Assembly (NCBI GenBank): GCA_964384125.1
Contig: CAYLKA010000008.1
Coordinates: 2,999 to 58,066 of the forward strand
Reading direction: 5' to 3'
DNA length: 55,068 nt
Source: an uncultured Gammaproteobacteria bacterium
GTDB taxonomy: Bacteria > Pseudomonadota > Gammaproteobacteria > Steroidobacterales > Rariloculaceae
Below are positions 36,559 to 48,861 of this stretch, piece after piece (position 1 is the first letter of the stretch; each line of letters starts with the position of its first letter). Below the pieces are notes generated by a model. The model was not told where the DNA came from and searched no databases. It worked only from the letters and a program-made list of their open reading frames with translations. A program made the translations under genes and the position numbers.

Positions 36559-38809
36559 TCGTTTGCAAACTTCCAACGATGCCGGCCTCCTCCATGGTTT
36601 CGACCATCCGAGCCGCGCGGTTGTATCCGATTTTCAGGCGACGTTGAACGCTGGAAATCGACGCTTTGCGGGTCTCGGTAACGATCCGCACAGCCTGATC
36701 GTAAAGGGGATCCTGCTCACCGTCCAACTCTCCGGACGGCGGCATGGGGTCAATCCCGGGAATGGCCTCGTTAGGACCGGAGAGAATCTCTTCGATAAAC
36801 GATGGTGTACCGCTGGCTACAAGGCTCTTCACTACCGAATGGACTTCGTTGTCAGACACAAAAGCGCCGTGGATACGCGTGGGTGTCGAGGTTCCCGCAG
36901 GAAGAAACAGCATATCGCCGTGGCCGAGAAGATTCTCCGCACCGATCTGATCAAGGATCGTCCGTGAATCAACCTTTGCCGAGACCTGGAACGCAATTCG
37001 ACATGGGATGTTGGCCTTGATGAGACCCGTAATCACATCCACAGACGGTCGCTGAGTAGCGATAATCATGTGGATTCCCGACGCGCGGGCCTTTTGAGCC
37101 AACCTCGCAATAAGCTCCTCAACTTTCTTACCCACCATCATCATCATGTCGGCTAACTCATCGATGATGACAACTATGTTGGGTAGAGGCTGCAACGAAG
37201 GAACTTCCTGATCAGGTTCTCCATCTAACTCAAAAGTCGGATCCGGAATCGGCTCGCCCTTGTCAGCAGCTTCGGTGACCTTACGGTTGTAGCTGGAAAT
37301 GTGGCGCACACCCAACCCCGCCATCAGTGCGTAACGCCGCTCCATTTCGGCGACACACCAGCGAAGGGCATTGGCCGCCTCTTTCATGTCCGTCACGACC
37401 GGCGCGAGCAGGTGCGGGATGCCCTCGTAAACAGATAGTTCGAGCATCTTAGGATCAATCATAATCAGTCGCACGTTCTCAGGAGAGGACTTGTACAACA
37501 GACTCAACACCATCGCGTTTAACGCGACGGACTTACCCGAGCCCGTGGTACCGGCGATCAGCAAGTGGGGCATCCTGGCCAGATCGGCCACCACAGGTTG
37601 GCCGCCAATGTCCTTACCTAAGGCCAGGGTGATCGGCGAACTCAGTTTGTCGTAGACCTGCGACTTGACGATTTCGCCTAAGGCAACCAGTTCTCGTACT
37701 TCGTTTGGAATTTCGAGACCGACATACGGTTTGCCCGGGATGACATCCACCACGCGTACGCTGACGGTCGACAGTGAACGGGCGAGATCCTTCGAAAGGT
37801 TGCTGATCTGGCTTACTTTCACGCCGGGCGCGGGCTTGAGCTCGAATCGTGTCACAACCGGTCCGGGTTGAACCGAGACGACCTCCACTTCGATCCCGAA
37901 ATCAACGAGCTTCAACTCTACCAGTCGTGACATTGCTTCCAGCGCCTCGGCCGAGTAGCCACCCACGCTGGGCGGGGGATCATCAAGCAAGGCCAAGGGC
38001 GGTAGCTCGTTCGAGGCCGGCGGCTCAAATAACGGTACCTGCCTCTCTCGTTCCGACCGAGCGCTGGGAGGCGCGGCACTGAACGAAGGCTCGATCCGGG
38101 GCGTCTCGACTCTCGTTTTCGCCCGAGATCTCAAGACCAGGTCTTGGCGCTGCTGTTTAGCCCGACGCCCTTCGAGCCAAACCTGAACGCGATTGATGAA
38201 CATCTCGCCCTTGATGATGGCCGCAAGGACGCCGCGGCCGATGTAATCCATAACGGCGAGCCAGGAGACGCCTGTAGCGAGCGAAACGGCCGCAAGCCAA
38301 AGCACCAGCAACAATACCGTAGCGCCTAGCAGCCCCAGAATCTGCTCAAGTCCACCGCCCACCAACTGGCCAATGATGCCACCGGCAGTCTCCCGCATCT
38401 CTGGCACAAAGAAATGCAGTGTGGCCAGCCCGCAGCTCGTGGTTAGCACCAAGAAGAATCCGCCGGCTCGCCACCACACAGCTGAGCGGAGTGGTACGGC
38501 CGATCCCGACCGAGTTCTGAACAGGAACACACCGACCAGTAAAACCAACGCGGGAAAAAGATAAGCCGGTCGCCCGAACAGCAGGTACGCCAAATCCGCA
38601 AACCATGCCCCGGCCGGCCCCATCCGATTCTCAATGGTAGGGCTATCGGCCGACACGCTGAAAGCCGGATCACCGGAGTCGTAGGTCGCCAGGGCAAAGA
38701 ACAGGATGATCGCGAGTCCAACAAACAGCCACATTGCCGACTCTCGCAGGCCCCGAATCCGGGGAACCAATACGGAGGATGTCGCGCTGCTGGCTTTCAC
38801 TCTGCTCAA
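36512..38809 (-). CDS. ftsK: DNA translocase FtsK
   Basis: N-terminal TM domain; [35 protein letters not shown]; gamma domain [13 protein letters not shown]. Confidence 0.98.
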   Translation of the reverse strand: MSRVKASSATSSVLVPRIRGLRESAMWLFVGLAIILFFALATYDSGDPAFSVSADSPTIENRMGPAGAWFADLAYLLFGRPAYLFPALVLLVGVFLFRTRSGSAVPLRSAVWWRAGGFFLVLTTSCGLATLHFFVPEMRETAGGIIGQLVGGGLEQILGLLGATVLLLVLWLAAVSLATGVSWLAVMDYIGRGVLAAIIKGEMFINRVQVWLEGRRAKQQRQDLVLRSRAKTRVETPRIEPSFSAAPPSARSERERQVPLFEPPASNELPPLALLDDPPPSVGGYSAEALEAMSRLVELKLVDFGIEVEVVSVQPGPVVTRFELKPAPGVKVSQISNLSKDLARSLSTVSVRVVDVIPGKPYVGLEIPNEVRELVALGEIVKSQVYDKLSSPITLALGKDIGGQPVVADLARMPHLLIAGTTGSGKSVALNAMVLSLLYKSSPENVRLIMIDPKMLELSVYEGIPHLLAPVVTDMKEAANALRWCVAEMERRYALMAGLGVRHISSYNRKVTEAADKGEPIPDPTFELDGEPDQEVPSLQPLPNIVVIIDELADMMMMVGKKVEELIARLAQKARASGIHMIIATQRPSVDVITGLIKANIPCRIAFQVSAKVDSRTILDQIGAENLLGHGDMLFLPAGTSTPTRIHGAFVSDNEVHSVVKSLVASGTPSFIEEILSGPNEAIPGIDPMPPSGELDGEQDPLYDQAVRIVTETRKASISSVQRRLKIGYNRAARMVETMEEAGIVGSLQTNGSREVLAPPPAGDN

Positions 38810-39013
38810 GTTTTACCCGAATATATTAAGTTAACGTCCTGATTATACAATTAACTCAACTGATGAAAACATCGATGGATCAGCCTCTCCGCAGCTCCCC
38901 CGAGTCTCACGGGTGGTGATAATAGCGCGCCTGGCTCTTGATAGAGAGTAGGCGCGTCAATGTGCGGGCCAGCGGTTCCCGTGGCAGACTCCCGACATCA
39001 CAGTGGAGACAGA

Positions 39014-40216
39014 ATGAAGCTTCTAGTCCAGCAGCATCCGAGTATCCTCGACATCGATGCGTCGGAGTGGAACGTCATTGCAGGTGATTCCCCGTTCCTT
39101 CGCCACGAATTCCTCGGTGCACTCGAACGGTCGGGGTGTGTGGGCCCAGGCACCTCCTGGGAACCAACCCATCTCACGGTCATCAACGAGGCCGGCAACC
39201 TTGCTGGCGCCATGCCCCTATATATCAAGCATGACTCCCGCGGTGAGTTTGTATTTGACTGGAGTTGGGCGAATGCCTACGACCAAGCCGGCCTCTCCTA
39301 TTATCCCAAGCTCGTGTCCGCAGTTCCCTTTACACCCGTCACCGGTCAACGGCTCCTAATAAAAGAACGTGAGAATTTCTCGAGTATCGCCGAGGAGCTG
39401 CTAACTGCCACAAAGAAGCTCGCCGAGGAAGCGGACGCGTCGTCCCTACACGTGCTTTTCCCAACTGAAACGGATCGGAGCTTTCTCTCCAAACAAGATT
39501 TACTGCAACGCAAGGACTGTCAGTTTCATTGGCATAACGATGGCTATGATAATTTTGACGAGTTTTTGGCACGTTTCGTTTCAGCGAAGCGAAAGAAGGC
39601 CCGCAGGGAACGACGTCGCGTGACCGAGGCGGGTGTTCAGTTCGAACACCTCTTGGGTAACGAGCCAAGCGAGGGTGATTGGGACACCGTTTTCGACTTC
39701 TACTCGCGCACTTTTCTACGCCGCGGGCGTACACCGTACCTCAACCGCGAGTTCTTCCGAGAAATCTGCGAGAGCATGCCGGAAAACCTTTTGATTATCC
39801 TGGCGCGCTTCAAGCGCGAACCGATAGCGACCGCAATTTGTTTCCGCAGCCAGGACACCCTGTATGGTCGGTATTGGGGCAGCCTCGCTGATTTCCACAG
39901 CCTGCACTTCGAAACCTGCTACTACCAGGGAATCGAATACTGCATAAACCAGGGTCTCAGCCGGTTCGAGCCTGGAACCCAGGGAGAACACAAGCTTGCT
40001 CGGGGCTTCACGCCGACGGCAACCTGGTCGAACCATTGGATCCCCGATCCGGAGTTTAATCATGCCGTCGCGGAGTTTCTCGATCGAGAGCGAACATATG
40101 TGGATACATATATGGATGAGCTTACGAACCACGCTCCTTATAAAAAGGACCAGACGCTCCCGTCACCCGAACGCGTGACGACACGACACCACAACCGGGT
40201 TACCGCGCGACAGTGA
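39014..40216 (+). CDS. DUF482/FemAB-like GNAT-fold protein
   Basis: Start ATG 39014 (GGAG SD). PFLRHEFL.ALE.SG, S.GEFVFDW.WA.AY, YYPKL..VPFTP, LYGRYWG, LHFETCYYQGIE, GTQGEHK. Confidence 0.88.
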   Translation: MKLLVQQHPSILDIDASEWNVIAGDSPFLRHEFLGALERSGCVGPGTSWEPTHLTVINEAGNLAGAMPLYIKHDSRGEFVFDWSWANAYDQAGLSYYPKLVSAVPFTPVTGQRLLIKERENFSSIAEELLTATKKLAEEADASSLHVLFPTETDRSFLSKQDLLQRKDCQFHWHNDGYDNFDEFLARFVSAKRKKARRERRRVTEAGVQFEHLLGNEPSEGDWDTVFDFYSRTFLRRGRTPYLNREFFREICESMPENLLIILARFKREPIATAICFRSQDTLYGRYWGSLADFHSLHFETCYYQGIEYCINQGLSRFEPGTQGEHKLARGFTPTATWSNHWIPDPEFNHAVAEFLDRERTYVDTYMDELTNHAPYKKDQTLPSPERVTTRHHNRVTARQ

Positions 40217-40935
40217 TCCACTTTTTGTCTCCCGGCGGTGCCCCTGACTCTTTTCCGTCTCCCGGGGACGCACTGACGGAACCCAACGGACTGCTCGCCA
40301 TCGGTGGCGATCTCAGTCCTGAAAGGCTTCTCGCTGCCTATCCCAAAAGCATATTCCCATGGTATGAGGAAGGTCAGCCTATCCTTTGGTGGTCTCCGGA
40401 TCCGCGTACGGTATTGTTCCCAGCAGAACTACATATTTCCAGGCGGCTCACGCGGACACTTCGCCAGTCGCGCCTGCGACTCAGCGCGGACTGCGCGTTT
40501 AGCGCCGTTGTCGAAGGTTGCGCCGCGCCGCGCCAGGATACGGAAGAGACTTGGATAACACCGGAGATGCAAAAAGCCTATGGACGGCTCCACGACCTCG
40601 GTTGGGCGCATTCGTTCGAAGCGTGGGACGGAGAGGTACTGATCGCAGGAATGTACGGAGTCGCTATCGGAAAGGTTTTCTTCGGGGAATCCATGTTTGC
40701 TCGAATGAGCAACTCCTCGAAGGTCGTCTTCGTTAGATCCATCGAGTACCTCCAATCGAGGGGGTTCGAGTTGATCGACTGCCAGGTCTGGTCGGATCAT
40801 TTGGAGTCTTTAGGAGCGCGGACGCTCCCGCGTAACGTATTTCTCCAACAACTCGGCAGGCTCTGCGAGCCACGTGGCGAGTCCGGTTCATGGAACCAAG
40901 ACCATGAACGGTACACGACTGTCAGAGATGACTAA
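40213..40935 (+). CDS. aat: Leucyl/phenylalanyl-tRNA--protein transferase
   Basis: [48 protein letters not shown]. Confidence 0.96.
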   Translation: MIHFLSPGGAPDSFPSPGDALTEPNGLLAIGGDLSPERLLAAYPKSIFPWYEEGQPILWWSPDPRTVLFPAELHISRRLTRTLRQSRLRLSADCAFSAVVEGCAAPRQDTEETWITPEMQKAYGRLHDLGWAHSFEAWDGEVLIAGMYGVAIGKVFFGESMFARMSNSSKVVFVRSIEYLQSRGFELIDCQVWSDHLESLGARTLPRNVFLQQLGRLCEPRGESGSWNQDHERYTTVRDD

Positions 40936-41017
40936 CGCGCCATTGCGGGAATCTTCTTGGATATGCAACAATTCGCGCCGCAGTCGGGAAGACGAGTGTT
41001 ACGGATCGGTGCAGGTG

Positions 41018-41236
41018 ATGGCTAAAGAGGAAGCACTACAGATGGAGGGGGTGGTTGCGGAGACGCTACCCAACACCACTTTTCGTGTGGAACTGGAAAA
41101 CGGTCACCTCGTCACGGCCCATATCTCCGGGAAAATGCGTAAGAACTACATTCGGATCCTCAAGGGCGACAAAGTCACAGTCGAACTAACACCCTATGAT
41201 CTCAGCAAAGGACGGATCATCTACCGATCCCGTTAA
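41018..41236 (+). CDS. infA: Translation initiation factor IF-1
   Basis: 72-aa [58 protein letters not shown]. Confidence 0.98.
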   Translation: MAKEEALQMEGVVAETLPNTTFRVELENGHLVTAHISGKMRKNYIRILKGDKVTVELTPYDLSKGRIIYRSR

Positions 41237-41255
41237 AGCCAAGAATCAACCCGAC

Positions 41256-43541
41256 TCACGTTTCAGGAAGATGCTCCAGTTCTCGTGTTGCTGCCTCTGG
41301 AATGAGAATGAGGTCGTCGCCCTCTGAGTTCAGCGCAACGCGAACATGTCCGCCCTCCACCAGCTTGCCGAACAGCAACTCCTCCGCCAGGCGCCGTTTA
41401 ATGTGCTCCTGAATCACTCTCGCCATGGGTCGAGCACCCATTTTCTGATCGTAGCCTCTCTCGGCAATCCACGCTCTAGCCGGCACCTCAAGCTCGATGC
41501 TGACATTGTTCTTGTAGAGCTGGGCCTCTAGCTCAACGATCAGCTTGTCGACGACACGCGCAATGGAGGTCTCGTCCAGCGAATCGAATTGAATAATGGC
41601 GTCCAGCCGATTACGGAACTCCGGCGAGAACATTTTCTTTATGACTTCGATGGTATCGCTGGAGTGGTCCTGGAGCGTGAATCCGACAGACGTGCGGCTT
41701 GCCTCCTGCGCGCCGGCATTCGTTGTCATCACGAGAATCACATTGTGGAAGTCCGCCTTGCGACCATTGTTATCCGTGAGCACTCCATGGTCCATCACCT
41801 GAAGGAGAATGTTGAAAACTTCAGGATGCGCCTTCTCGATCTCATCCAACAGCAACACACAGTGCGGATTCTTCGTTATTGCCTCGGTCATGAGCCCACC
41901 TTGATCGAATCCGACGTAGCCTGGCGGCGCACCGATCAACCTCGACACAGTATGTCTTTCCATGTACTCGGACATGTCGAAGCGAACGAGCTCCACACCC
42001 ATTGCCAGGGCTAACTGCCGAGTGACCTCAGTTTTACCCACTCCCGTCGGCCCGGAAAAGAGGAACGAACCCACTGGGCGCTGCTCGTCTCCGAGCCCAG
42101 ACCGCGACATCTTGATCGCCGAGGTCAAGGCGCCGATGGCGCGATCCTGCCCGAATATGACCAGCTTCAGATCCCGTTCCAAGTGACTCAGCACGTCCCG
42201 ATCGGATGCCGAAACGGTTTTCGGTGGAATCCGCGCCATCTTGGCAACAATGTTCTGCACTAGCTCGACGTCAACCACCTCCCTGCGCTCGGCTTCCGGC
42301 TGCAGGCGCCTGTTGGCCCCCGCCTCATCGATAACATCGATGGCCTTATCGGGGAGTTGACGGTCGTTAATATGCTTTCCGGAGAGCTCGGCTGCCGCCT
42401 GAAGTGCATCATCGTCATAGCGAACATTGTGATGCTCTTCGAAGCGGGTCTTGATTCCATGCAGAATCTGGACGGTCTCGTCGATACTCGGCTCGACAAG
42501 GTCGATCTTCTGAAAGCGACGGGCCAACGCGTGATCCTTCTCGAAGATGCCACGGAACTCCGCGTAAGTCGTCGACCCAATACAGCGAATGTCCCCGTTT
42601 GCGAGCACAGGCTTGATGAGATTCGAAGCATCCATGACGCCACCGGAAGCGGCCCCTGCACCGATGACCGTGTGTATCTCGTCAATAAATAGGATCGCAC
42701 CCGCTTCGCGTTTCAGCTCATTGATGACGCTCTTCAGGCGTTTTTCGAAGTCCCCTCGATACTTAGTCCCAGCAATGAGAGAGCCCATGTCCAGCGCGTA
42801 GATAGTGCTCTCGTGCAGAACCCCGGGAACGTTACCTTCGACGATCAGCCGTGCCAAACCCTCAGCGAGGGCCGTTTTACCAACTCCGGCTTCACCGACA
42901 AATAGCGGGTTGTTCTTTCGGCGACGACACAGGATCTGGACGGTACGCTCAATCTCAAGCTCCCGGCCGATGAGAGGGTCGATCCGCCCGTCTTCAGCCT
43001 GACGATTAAGGTTGGTAGTGAACCGCCCAAGGGCCTCCGCCTCCGAGCCGCCAGGCTGGCCTTCCATGGCATCCGTCGTTTCCTCTTGTTCAGGCGTGCC
43101 GTCCCGACTCTTCGAGACACCGTGGGAGATATAGTTGACCACATCTAATCGCACGACATCATGCTCATCGAGGAGATAAACCGCCTGCGCCTGCTTCTCG
43201 CTGAAGATAGCCACCAACACGTTCGTCGGTGTCACCTCCTTCTTACCGCTAGACTGAACGTGGAAGACCGCTCGTTGCAACACTCTCTGGAAACCTAACG
43301 TGGGCTGCACGTCGACTTCCTCATCCTCGTCGTGCAGTCTCGGAGTCGACTCAGAAATAAACTCTTTAAGCTCTCGGCGTAGCTGCGCAATGTCCGCGCC
43401 ACAGGCCTTTAGAATTTCGATAACGTGCTGCGTGTCCAAAAGCGCAAGCAGCAGATGCTCGACGGTGATGAACTCGTGCTGCTCATCTCGCGCGCGTTGG
43501 AACGCTTCATTCAGACAGTACTCGAGCTCATTCGACAACAT
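41256..43541 (-). CDS. clpA: ATP-dependent Clp protease ATPase subunit ClpA
   Basis: Start MLSNELE at 43541 (TAATG overlap with clpS); [13 protein letters not shown]; two Walker A motifs GEAGVGKT and GPTGVGKT. Confidence 0.97.
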   Translation of the reverse strand: MLSNELEYCLNEAFQRARDEQHEFITVEHLLLALLDTQHVIEILKACGADIAQLRRELKEFISESTPRLHDEDEEVDVQPTLGFQRVLQRAVFHVQSSGKKEVTPTNVLVAIFSEKQAQAVYLLDEHDVVRLDVVNYISHGVSKSRDGTPEQEETTDAMEGQPGGSEAEALGRFTTNLNRQAEDGRIDPLIGRELEIERTVQILCRRRKNNPLFVGEAGVGKTALAEGLARLIVEGNVPGVLHESTIYALDMGSLIAGTKYRGDFEKRLKSVINELKREAGAILFIDEIHTVIGAGAASGGVMDASNLIKPVLANGDIRCIGSTTYAEFRGIFEKDHALARRFQKIDLVEPSIDETVQILHGIKTRFEEHHNVRYDDDALQAAAELSGKHINDRQLPDKAIDVIDEAGANRRLQPEAERREVVDVELVQNIVAKMARIPPKTVSASDRDVLSHLERDLKLVIFGQDRAIGALTSAIKMSRSGLGDEQRPVGSFLFSGPTGVGKTEVTRQLALAMGVELVRFDMSEYMERHTVSRLIGAPPGYVGFDQGGLMTEAITKNPHCVLLLDEIEKAHPEVFNILLQVMDHGVLTDNNGRKADFHNVILVMTTNAGAQEASRTSVGFTLQDHSSDTIEVIKKMFSPEFRNRLDAIIQFDSLDETSIARVVDKLIVELEAQLYKNNVSIELEVPARAWIAERGYDQKMGARPMARVIQEHIKRRLAEELLFGKLVEGGHVRVALNSEGDDLILIPEAATRELEHLPET

Positions 43542-43870
43542 TAATTCTCTTCCATCGTGCAAAGTAACGGGTGCTGGTGTTGTTGAGCGAGCCCAGTCAC
43601 CTGCGCCACTTTGGTCTCGGCAATCTCATAACTGAAAACCCCACACACACCTTTCCCCCGGGTATGGACCTGCAGCATGGTGCGCGTAGCCGAGGAGCGA
43701 TCCATCGAAAAGATCTTTTCCAGGATCTGGACCACAAAATCCATGGGCGTGTAGTCATCATTCAATAGCACGACACGGTAGAGTGGCGGCTTCTTGATTC
43801 GTGGACGAGCCTCTTCGATGGCCAGGCCATGATCACCGTCGGCTCCTAACCTTCGAGGGTCCTCAGACAT
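43541..43870 (-). CDS. clpS: Clp protease adaptor ClpS
   Basis: [40 protein letters not shown]. Confidence 0.97.
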   Translation of the reverse strand: MSEDPRRLGADGDHGLAIEEARPRIKKPPLYRVVLLNDDYTPMDFVVQILEKIFSMDRSSATRTMLQVHTRGKGVCGVFSYEIAETKVAQVTGLAQQHQHPLLCTMEEN

Positions 43871-44120
43871 ACTGGATATTATCGGGCCTTCTCGGGGAAT
43901 TTAAACCCGCCATCGCCATAAAGAATTAACGTAAACACCGGAAAAATCGCGTAGATACTTGAACTGTCGCCCGAAATTGACTTCTGGCTTACTTTTTCAG
44001 GTGCCCCACCGTGCCTAATATCGATGGCTGAGCCGACAAGCCTGGGGCTATGAACGCACCCATGAACCTCGCGACACGATTACTCCGGTGCAGCGAGCAA
44101 CCACCCGAGGGTTTTTCAGG

Positions 44121-47100
44121 TTAATGGAAGTCTCGAGATTGAACAGGCAATTCTCCAAGCAGCGCACTGTGATCACTCAACTGTTTAGCGATGACATTAA
44201 CGACCTCTCCCTCCTTCTGCACTCTCCCCGAAACCCCCAGTAGGGTCGAACCCAATAGAATCTGACGCTGGCGCTCGGCTACGTGCCCCCAAACCACCAG
44301 ATTCAAGTACCCCGTCTCATCTTCGATAGTCACGAAGGTGACGCCGGCAGCGTTGGAGGGACGCTGACGAATGATGACCAAGCCAGCAGCGTGGACAATG
44401 CTCCCATGGGGCAATTCCAGTACCTGAGCCGCCTTCGTAAGATCCATGGAACTCAATCGCGCTCTCAGCAAGGCAAGAGGATGCCGACGCAGACTCAACC
44501 CCAAATTCCGGTAATCCGAAATAATATCTTCACCCTCGGTCGGGGCTCTCAGCATCGGGATCCCTTCGGCGATGCGAAAGTGGCCAAAAAGTGGCGTTGA
44601 TTCCTGAGCACCGCTTATGTTCCAGTGTGCACGATGGCGATTTCTTACCAGGGAATTGAGGGCACCGCTTCCAGTAAGTGCATCCAGATGTTTTTTATTG
44701 AGCTGGGTTCGTTCCACCAGGTCTTGAGTGCTCGTAAAAAGACAACTGCGACGGGCATCGGTTACGCGGTAAACCGTATCTTCGGCTAGCCCTTTTACCA
44801 ATTGGAACCCCATCCGCAACGCAGGCCTGCCTTCCACATCCCGTTCCAACGTCGATTCCCACTCGCTGTGATTAACATCCACCGGCCTGACCTCCACCTC
44901 GTGCTCTCTGGCACAGCGCACCAATTGGGCGGGTGCGTAAAACCCCATTGGTTGACTGTTGAGTAGTGCGCAGAAAAAGACAGCCGGCTCATGATGTTTC
45001 AGCCAAGCCGACACATAGACGAGGAGCGCAAAACTCGCCGCGTGAGATTCCGGAAAACCGTATTCCCCGAATCCCTTGATATGCTTGAAAACCTGCTTAG
45101 CAAACTCCTCCGGATAACCCCGTACAACCATACCCTCAGTCAATCTGCGTTCGAAGACCTCCAACCCTCCTCGCCGACGCCAGGCTGCCATAGCTCGGCG
45201 AAGCTGATCCGCTTCTCCGGGTGTAAAGCCTGCAGCAACCATAGCAAGCTGCATAACCTGCTCCTGAAAAATAGGCACCCCAAGCGTTCGCTCTAATACG
45301 CGCTCAACTTCGGGGCTGGGATACGTAACCGGCTCCTCACCGTTACGACGTCTCAAATAGGGGTGCACCATATCGCCCTGAATGGGTCCGGGCCTGATAA
45401 TCGCCACCTCGATGACCAGATCGTAATAGCACCGGGGCATCAGTCGCGGGAGCATCGCCATCTGAGCACGAGACTCAACTTGAAAAACACCTACGGTATC
45501 GGCTCTGGAAATCATTGCGTAAACGGCTGGATCCTCTGCAGGCAGGGTCGCCATCGTGTATTCATGACCGTAAAAATTACGGATCAACTCGAGACTGCGA
45601 CGAATCGCGCTCAACATCCCCAGCCCGAGCACATCCACCTTTAACAAGCCCAGATCCTCAAGGTCGTCCTTGTCCCATTGGATGATCGTTCGATCTGCCA
45701 TAGCCGCATTCTCGATGGGAACAAGCTCATTCAGAGGTCCCTGCGAGATAACGAAACCACCCACATGTTGGGAAAGATGCCGTGGGAAACCCACCAGTGC
45801 ACTGACTAATCTCATTAGGCGACGGATGACGGGACTATCCGGATCCAACCCCGCTTCCTCGATCTTCCCAGACGCGATTCTCTGTCCATCCCACCACTGC
45901 ATCAATTTAGCAAGCGTCTTTACCTGCAGCTCTTCCAATCCCAGAGCCTTACCCACATCCCGTACGGCGCTCCGCGCCCTGTAACTAATAACCGTAGCAG
46001 CCAGTGCAGCACGCTCACGCGAATACTTCCGGTAGATGTACTGAATCACTTCCTCACGGCGTTCATGCTCGAAATCCACGTCGATATCAGGCGGCTCATT
46101 GCGCTCTTTGGAAATAAATCTTTCCATCAACATCTCCATACGAGCGGGATCTACCTCGGTTATTCCCAGGCAGTAGCAAACAGCTGAATTAGCCGCTGAT
46201 CCTCGCCCCTGACAGAGGATGCCCTCGGCACGAGCGAACTGAACAATGTCGTGAACGGTTAGAAAATAGGACTCATAATTCAACTCTGCGATGAGCCGTA
46301 GCTCGTGCTCCACGAGTTCCACAACCTTTTGCGGTGCGCCTTCGGGCCAACGCCACCGTATACCTCGTTCGGTGAGATGACTCAGATGACTGGCTGGCGT
46401 TACCCCAGTCGGAACCAACTCGCGCGGATATTCATAACTCAGCTCATCTAGAGAAAAATCCATGCGCTCAGCGAGCGCGATGGTTTCCTTCAAGAGGCTC
46501 TCGGGATAAATCCGAGTCAGTTCATCGATGGATCTGAGGAAACGTTCGCCGTTGGAATAGAGCCCAAATCCCACTTTCGCGAGCGGTGTCCTGAGCCGAA
46601 TGGCTGTGACGGTATCCTGAAGCTCTCGTCGTTCACGACGATGCATGTTTACATTCCCACTCGCAACCATGGGAAAATCTAGCTTCGTTGCGTAAGTCCT
46701 CCACCGGCTCAGTAACTCCCTGTCCCGCCCGGTAATCAGCAACTCCGCCGCCAACCAAAGGCGGTCGAAAAACCGCTCTTTGAGCCAGATACCGGCCCGC
46801 TGATCGGGAACCTCACCCGGCAACCACAGGACCAAACATTTCGAGGACACGAGATAATCCTCGACATCCTTTCGGGTCAGACAATAGGAACCCTTGTCGG
46901 CACCCCGCCGCCCGTGGCTGATAAATGCAGAGAGCGTTCCGTAAGCCTCTCGGCTCGGAGCAAGCACGACGATTCTCAAGCCGTCTGTGAGTTCGAATTC
47001 GCTACCGATAATGAGTTTTAGAGGGAGATCTCTGGCCGCCGAATGCGCACGCACAACACCGGCCAATGAACACTCATCCGTCAAAGCGAGAGCTGCGTAC

Positions 47101-47219
47101 CCCAGTTCGGCGGCCTGCTCCACTTGCTCCTCGGGATGGGAGGCACCACGAAGAAAAGTGAAATTGCTAAGACAGTGCAACTCCGCGTAGCGAGATCCTC
47201 GCTTCACCCCATCTCTCAC
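44121..47219 (-). CDS. dnaE2: Error-prone DNA polymerase DnaE2 (ImuC)
   Basis: YAELHCLSNF.FL.GAS, GRGSAANS, PPDIDVDFEH, HLSQHVGG, KVDVLGLG, FPESHA, C-terminal SRDFH. Confidence 0.97.
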   Translation of the reverse strand: MRDGVKRGSRYAELHCLSNFTFLRGASHPEEQVEQAAELGYAALALTDECSLAGVVRAHSAARDLPLKLIIGSEFELTDGLRIVVLAPSREAYGTLSAFISHGRRGADKGSYCLTRKDVEDYLVSSKCLVLWLPGEVPDQRAGIWLKERFFDRLWLAAELLITGRDRELLSRWRTYATKLDFPMVASGNVNMHRRERRELQDTVTAIRLRTPLAKVGFGLYSNGERFLRSIDELTRIYPESLLKETIALAERMDFSLDELSYEYPRELVPTGVTPASHLSHLTERGIRWRWPEGAPQKVVELVEHELRLIAELNYESYFLTVHDIVQFARAEGILCQGRGSAANSAVCYCLGITEVDPARMEMLMERFISKERNEPPDIDVDFEHERREEVIQYIYRKYSRERAALAATVISYRARSAVRDVGKALGLEELQVKTLAKLMQWWDGQRIASGKIEEAGLDPDSPVIRRLMRLVSALVGFPRHLSQHVGGFVISQGPLNELVPIENAAMADRTIIQWDKDDLEDLGLLKVDVLGLGMLSAIRRSLELIRNFYGHEYTMATLPAEDPAVYAMISRADTVGVFQVESRAQMAMLPRLMPRCYYDLVIEVAIIRPGPIQGDMVHPYLRRRNGEEPVTYPSPEVERVLERTLGVPIFQEQVMQLAMVAAGFTPGEADQLRRAMAAWRRRGGLEVFERRLTEGMVVRGYPEEFAKQVFKHIKGFGEYGFPESHAASFALLVYVSAWLKHHEPAVFFCALLNSQPMGFYAPAQLVRCAREHEVEVRPVDVNHSEWESTLERDVEGRPALRMGFQLVKGLAEDTVYRVTDARRSCLFTSTQDLVERTQLNKKHLDALTGSGALNSLVRNRHRAHWNISGAQESTPLFGHFRIAEGIPMLRAPTEGEDIISDYRNLGLSLRRHPLALLRARLSSMDLTKAAQVLELPHGSIVHAAGLVIIRQRPSNAAGVTFVTIEDETGYLNLVVWGHVAERQRQILLGSTLLGVSGRVQKEGEVVNVIAKQLSDHSALLGELPVQSRDFH

Positions 47220-47276
47220 CAGGTACTGGCCCTGATCCAGCTCTGGCTTGGAGCCATTGGGACTGGCGAAATATGA

Positions 47277-48773
47277 CTACCCAAATAGCCCATGAAGAAA
47301 CCAACCTCGGTCAGAACAACGATCTCGATAAATCCAAAGCTTCTCGCCCTTACTGCCGAAAGCGATGTAATAGTCCCTACTTATATCCCGCCCCTGCCAC
47401 CAACCCGCTTCGATTCGCTCCGGCCCGGACTCCAACCGCAAAGCGCTTCTACCCTCATGCTGAGGCCCTCCCTCAGCAGTACTGGATAGCCGAACCGGTG
47501 AGGGCAATATCCAAAGAGGTCGCAGCGGACTTTGGGAAGCATTCGACGCGGGGCTCAGCCCGTCACGCTGCAAAGGATCCGGGCATTTGCTCCAAGCCCG
47601 CTCAGGCCGGTGCTCCTCAACCGACGCAACGCCATAGATATCCTCCGCTCCGAAACGCAGACGCAAGCGCTCGATCAGCTCACCCATGGTGGCTCTGACC
47701 GCTGCCGGAGCACGGTTCTGGAATAAAGCCGTATTCAGCCCGACCATAGGCTCGATTGATCCCGTCGTAAGACTCAGGGAAATTACGGGATCGGGCAAAG
47801 AGACTGTCTCCAGCTTACCGAGAAAAAGCCTCGAAATCCTTTCCGCTTCATAGGTCGGCGCTACCAGATTGATGCGCTCTATCGTTATCGGCTTCCGCAA
47901 GTGATGGAAACCAAACTCGAGGCTCGCTACCTGAGCCTGGTGTTTCTGAAGTGCTCTCACGAGTTTTCTGATGAGCTCTTGCCCGGCATTAGCGAGAATT
48001 TCGGGTTCGGTCACCTCATCCTGAAACTCGAGCATGGAGCTCAGTCGTTGTGCCGGCTCGAACACGGGCCTGATATCAGGCTGACCCAATAACCTATCGA
48101 GATCTTGCAAATATTGCAGACCCACTCGACGGGCTAATCCACCACGAGGCAACCGCAAACAATCACCGATTGTCTTTACGCCCATCTTTCTAAGAAGCTG
48201 TTGAGCACTATCCGACCAACCCGAAACTCTCAAGGGGAGAGCTCCTAAACGCCCCACCAGCTCATCACGAGACAACACGTCCTCTTGTTGATGACGAGAC
48301 AACCAAAGCGCTGCAAGCGCGGTGGGTGCGACGCAAAGATGGGCAGTGATCCGTCGATGTTGAAATTCTTCTTTAAGGACTCCCTTGATCGGATCGATGC
48401 CGCCCCATAACTTTAAGCTCCCTCGAACCTCCAATAACAAAGCACAGGGCGGTTCTAGGCTAACCGACGGCGTGACCCGTCGAGCCCATTGAGCTACTGA
48501 GGTTAGCTTGAGGTGTTCAGCCTCCGAAGACCGTTCCAAAACAGTCAGTGTGCTACTCAGCGCAAGCGCGGCGCTCAGCTTCAAACCTGGAGCAATCCCC
48601 TGGGCTAGAGATTTCTCGTTGGCAGCGATGATCCAGCGGTGTCCCTTCCGGGGTTCTACGACGACAGACGCTGGAGCAGCATCGGGAACCGATAAAGCCT
48701 CGAGTGGAAGCACCGGCATATGAACCGCGAGCCACAATTGGTTCCGCCGCGCCCCCTGCAAACCTAAATTCAA
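47277..48773 (-). CDS. imuB: ImuB (catalytically inactive Y-family polymerase-like protein)
   Basis: LWLAVH.P.LPL, LEV.GSL.L.GG, APT..AA, G..TIGD...LPR..L..R, H.PE, RPLW.L, GPERIE.GWW..RDYY..LW.YRD..WFLHG.F. Confidence 0.92.
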   Translation of the reverse strand: MNLGLQGARRNQLWLAVHMPVLPLEALSVPDAAPASVVVEPRKGHRWIIAANEKSLAQGIAPGLKLSAALALSSTLTVLERSSEAEHLKLTSVAQWARRVTPSVSLEPPCALLLEVRGSLKLWGGIDPIKGVLKEEFQHRRITAHLCVAPTALAALWLSRHQQEDVLSRDELVGRLGALPLRVSGWSDSAQQLLRKMGVKTIGDCLRLPRGGLARRVGLQYLQDLDRLLGQPDIRPVFEPAQRLSSMLEFQDEVTEPEILANAGQELIRKLVRALQKHQAQVASLEFGFHHLRKPITIERINLVAPTYEAERISRLFLGKLETVSLPDPVISLSLTTGSIEPMVGLNTALFQNRAPAAVRATMGELIERLRLRFGAEDIYGVASVEEHRPERAWSKCPDPLQRDGLSPASNASQSPLRPLWILPSPVRLSSTAEGGPQHEGRSALRLESGPERIEAGWWQGRDISRDYYIAFGSKGEKLWIYRDRCSDRGWFLHGLFG

Positions 48774-48861
48774 ACCCAGAGGCGAACTTCCAGGGAGGGC
48801 GGCTATTGCAGGCTCTCCAGGAAAGATGAGGAGATGATCTGAGGGGCTGGGTCATACCACC

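Noticed and set aside
38925-38957. Hairpin CGCGCCT...AGGCGCG between ftsK and DUF482
   Set aside because: No U-tract, it lies between divergent genes, and there is only one copy; not enough evidence to assign a function.
40874-41017. N-terminal extension of IF-1 in the ORF track
   Set aside because: Canonical 72-aa IF-1 starts at ATG 41018 (MAKEE); the extension overlaps aat.
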